Source of the DNA: Methylobacteriaceae bacterium
GTDB lineage: Bacteria; Pseudomonadota; Alphaproteobacteria; Rhizobiales; Beijerinckiaceae
Length of the DNA: 40,822 nucleotides
Direction of reading: 5' to 3'
Assembly (NCBI GenBank): GCA_019242655.1
Contig: JAFAVH010000115.1
Span: 1 to 40,822 of the forward strand
Below, piece after piece: positions 33,397-40,822 of this stretch. A model generated the notes under the pieces. The model saw only the letters and a program-made list of their open reading frames with translations. It did no database searches and had not been told where the DNA came from. The translations under genes and the position numbers were made by a program. How positions within the stretch are numbered: position 1 is the first letter of the stretch; every line of letters begins with the position of its first letter.

Positions 33397-34467
33397 TTGA
33401 AGATCGCCTTCGTGGGCAACTGCCAGGCTCACTCGCTCTGGTTCATCTATGACCGCTACTTCGGTTCGCGGCTTGGTCAGGCGACCGTGTTCGTGGACGG
33501 GTGGAAACGGGATTCGCTGGCCGAGAGCAACCGCGCTCTGGCGGAAGCCGACATCGTGATCGCTCAGCTGTTCACCGGCCCGATGGGCGCGGAACTGGAC
33601 CGGCCACGAGCCGGAGCCAAAGTCATAAGGTTTCCGGACGTCCGCGGCAGCTTTCTTTGGCCTTATGGAAACGAGCCACGTCCGGACAATCCCGTCACGC
33701 CGTTCATGACGAGCGGTCCCTATGACCCGGAAGTCGGAGACCGCTTTCTCAACCGAATGATTCGCGACGGTGTCGCTCCCGAAGAGGCGCTCGATCGCTA
33801 CCTCGCGCATGACGTGGTGCGCGAAACCAATCTGTCGCGCCTGTTCGAGATCATGGTAGATCAGCAGCGCGTCCGAGACGCCGCGACGGGAATGACGACT
33901 GCCGATTTCATTCTCGAACGCTTGCAGTGCGAGCGCCTCTTCCGAACGCAAGGTCACCTCGAGAAAACCTTGTTCGATCACCTCGCCAGGCAAGTCTACG
34001 CTAGGATGGACATCGCGCTCGATGAGATTGACGCAGCGCTTGCGCGAGAGCTTCATCATCCTTTCACGCCATTCCATGACGCGCCAATCCATCCCGCGGT
34101 GACTGCTTATTTCAGACTCAATTACCTAGGCTCCAAGCCGCGCTTCTACCATTTGCATGAAGGTAGGTTCACGTTCGAAGAATACGTGCTGCGCTATATG
34201 CGCAACCAATGGTGTCCGGACCTTCACCAGGCGTGCGCGCGGCTCGACCACCCGGATCATGAGCAAACGCTCGCACTGTTCGACCGGGCTTTTCAGTTGG
34301 TGACGGACTGCGGACATGGCTACGAAAAGAAGGCCCACCTTCTATGGACCCTCGGCCGTTTTCACGAGGCGGTGGAGGCGATGGAGCATGCGCTCGCACG
34401 GGAGCCCGGCTATGGTTACTACGAGGCAGTCCTGGAGCATCACCGCCGCTGGGCCGAGAACGGCTAG
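33397..34467 (+). CDS. WcbI-like domain protein, paralog 3 (short, at most one or two TPR-like helices)
   Basis: TTG 33397 is preceded by GGAGGA (33381..33386). MKIAFVGNCQAHSL, FLWPYGNEP, GPYDPEVGDRFLNRMIRDGVAPEEALDRYL and EGRFTFEEYVLRYMR are colinear with the two 530-aa paralogs. The longest ORF (from 33007) overlaps the lipoprotein gene. Confidence 0.65.
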   Translation: MKIAFVGNCQAHSLWFIYDRYFGSRLGQATVFVDGWKRDSLAESNRALAEADIVIAQLFTGPMGAELDRPRAGAKVIRFPDVRGSFLWPYGNEPRPDNPVTPFMTSGPYDPEVGDRFLNRMIRDGVAPEEALDRYLAHDVVRETNLSRLFEIMVDQQRVRDAATGMTTADFILERLQCERLFRTQGHLEKTLFDHLARQVYARMDIALDEIDAALARELHHPFTPFHDAPIHPAVTAYFRLNYLGSKPRFYHLHEGRFTFEEYVLRYMRNQWCPDLHQACARLDHPDHEQTLALFDRAFQLVTDCGHGYEKKAHLLWTLGRFHEAVEAMEHALAREPGYGYYEAVLEHHRRWAENG

Positions 34468-34485
34468 TGGAACGATTGGTCCTTA

Positions 34486-34507
34486 AGCGACTTGGCGGCT
34501 AGTCGCT
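34486..34507. terminator. Hairpin between convergent genes (7-bp stem AGCGACT/AGTCGCT, 8-nt loop)
   Basis: It lies in the 86-nt gap between the stops at 34467 (+) and 34554 (-). There is no U-tract, so only weak support as an intrinsic terminator. Confidence 0.3.
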
Positions 34508-34553
34508 CGTGTACCAGATCGATCGATTGACGAGACGTCTGAACTCCGCCGCT

Positions 34554-40822
<6,269 letters not shown>

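Noticed and set aside
32947-34092. The 381-aa minus-strand ORF taken as one gene.
   Set aside because: Its first two-thirds are antisense to the WcbI-like paralog 3 and have no motifs. Only the last 107 codons (from ATG 33270) form a credible lipoprotein.

Overview
This is a 40.8 kb high-GC window (about two-thirds G+C by eye) carrying a surface-glycan island, probably alphaproteobacterial; the taxon cannot be fixed from sequence alone. I saw no rRNA, tRNA or CRISPR array.

Left arm (1-17214, mostly + strand):
- the 3' end of a GT9 gene;
- an FkbH-like HAD-IIIC enzyme;
- a WcbI-like/TPR protein;
- a 522-aa orphan joined to a CAP10/GT90 glycosyltransferase;
- a standalone acyl carrier protein;
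- two translationally coupled TPR-GT9 (heptosyltransferase-like) paralogs;
- a 442-aa orphan;
- a frameshifted Nudix hydrolase;
- two methyltransferases with extra N-terminal domains;
- a second WcbI-like/TPR paralog.

Centre (17215-20490): a scar of decayed, partly AT-rich foreign DNA. It holds a VirK/DUF535-like pseudogene, a zinc-ribbon remnant, three tandem Myb/SANT-like HTH units, an IS110 5' fragment and an IS630 3' fragment.

Right arm (20491-40822, mostly - strand):
- two more TPR-GT9 paralogs;
- hldD and a small RibK/DUF120-like protein;
- a tightly coupled operon, GT4 glycosyltransferase-kpsM-kpsE-gmhB-AGE-family isomerase-hldE;
- a small lipoprotein and a third WcbI-like protein;
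- an RkpG/WcbT-like alpha-oxoamine synthase;
- a TE-less type I PKS (..AT linker-DH-MT-like-ER-KR-ACP) that runs off the window edge.

Main hypothesis: this is an undescribed Kps-type (ABC-transporter) exported glycan. It would be built from ADP-heptose by a five-member family of TPR/beta-rich/GT9 enzymes, decorated by methyl, WcbI-type and FkbH/ACP-derived groups, and linked to a PKS/oxoamine-synthase lipid module. All functional calls come from motif recognition by eye. No database search was run.
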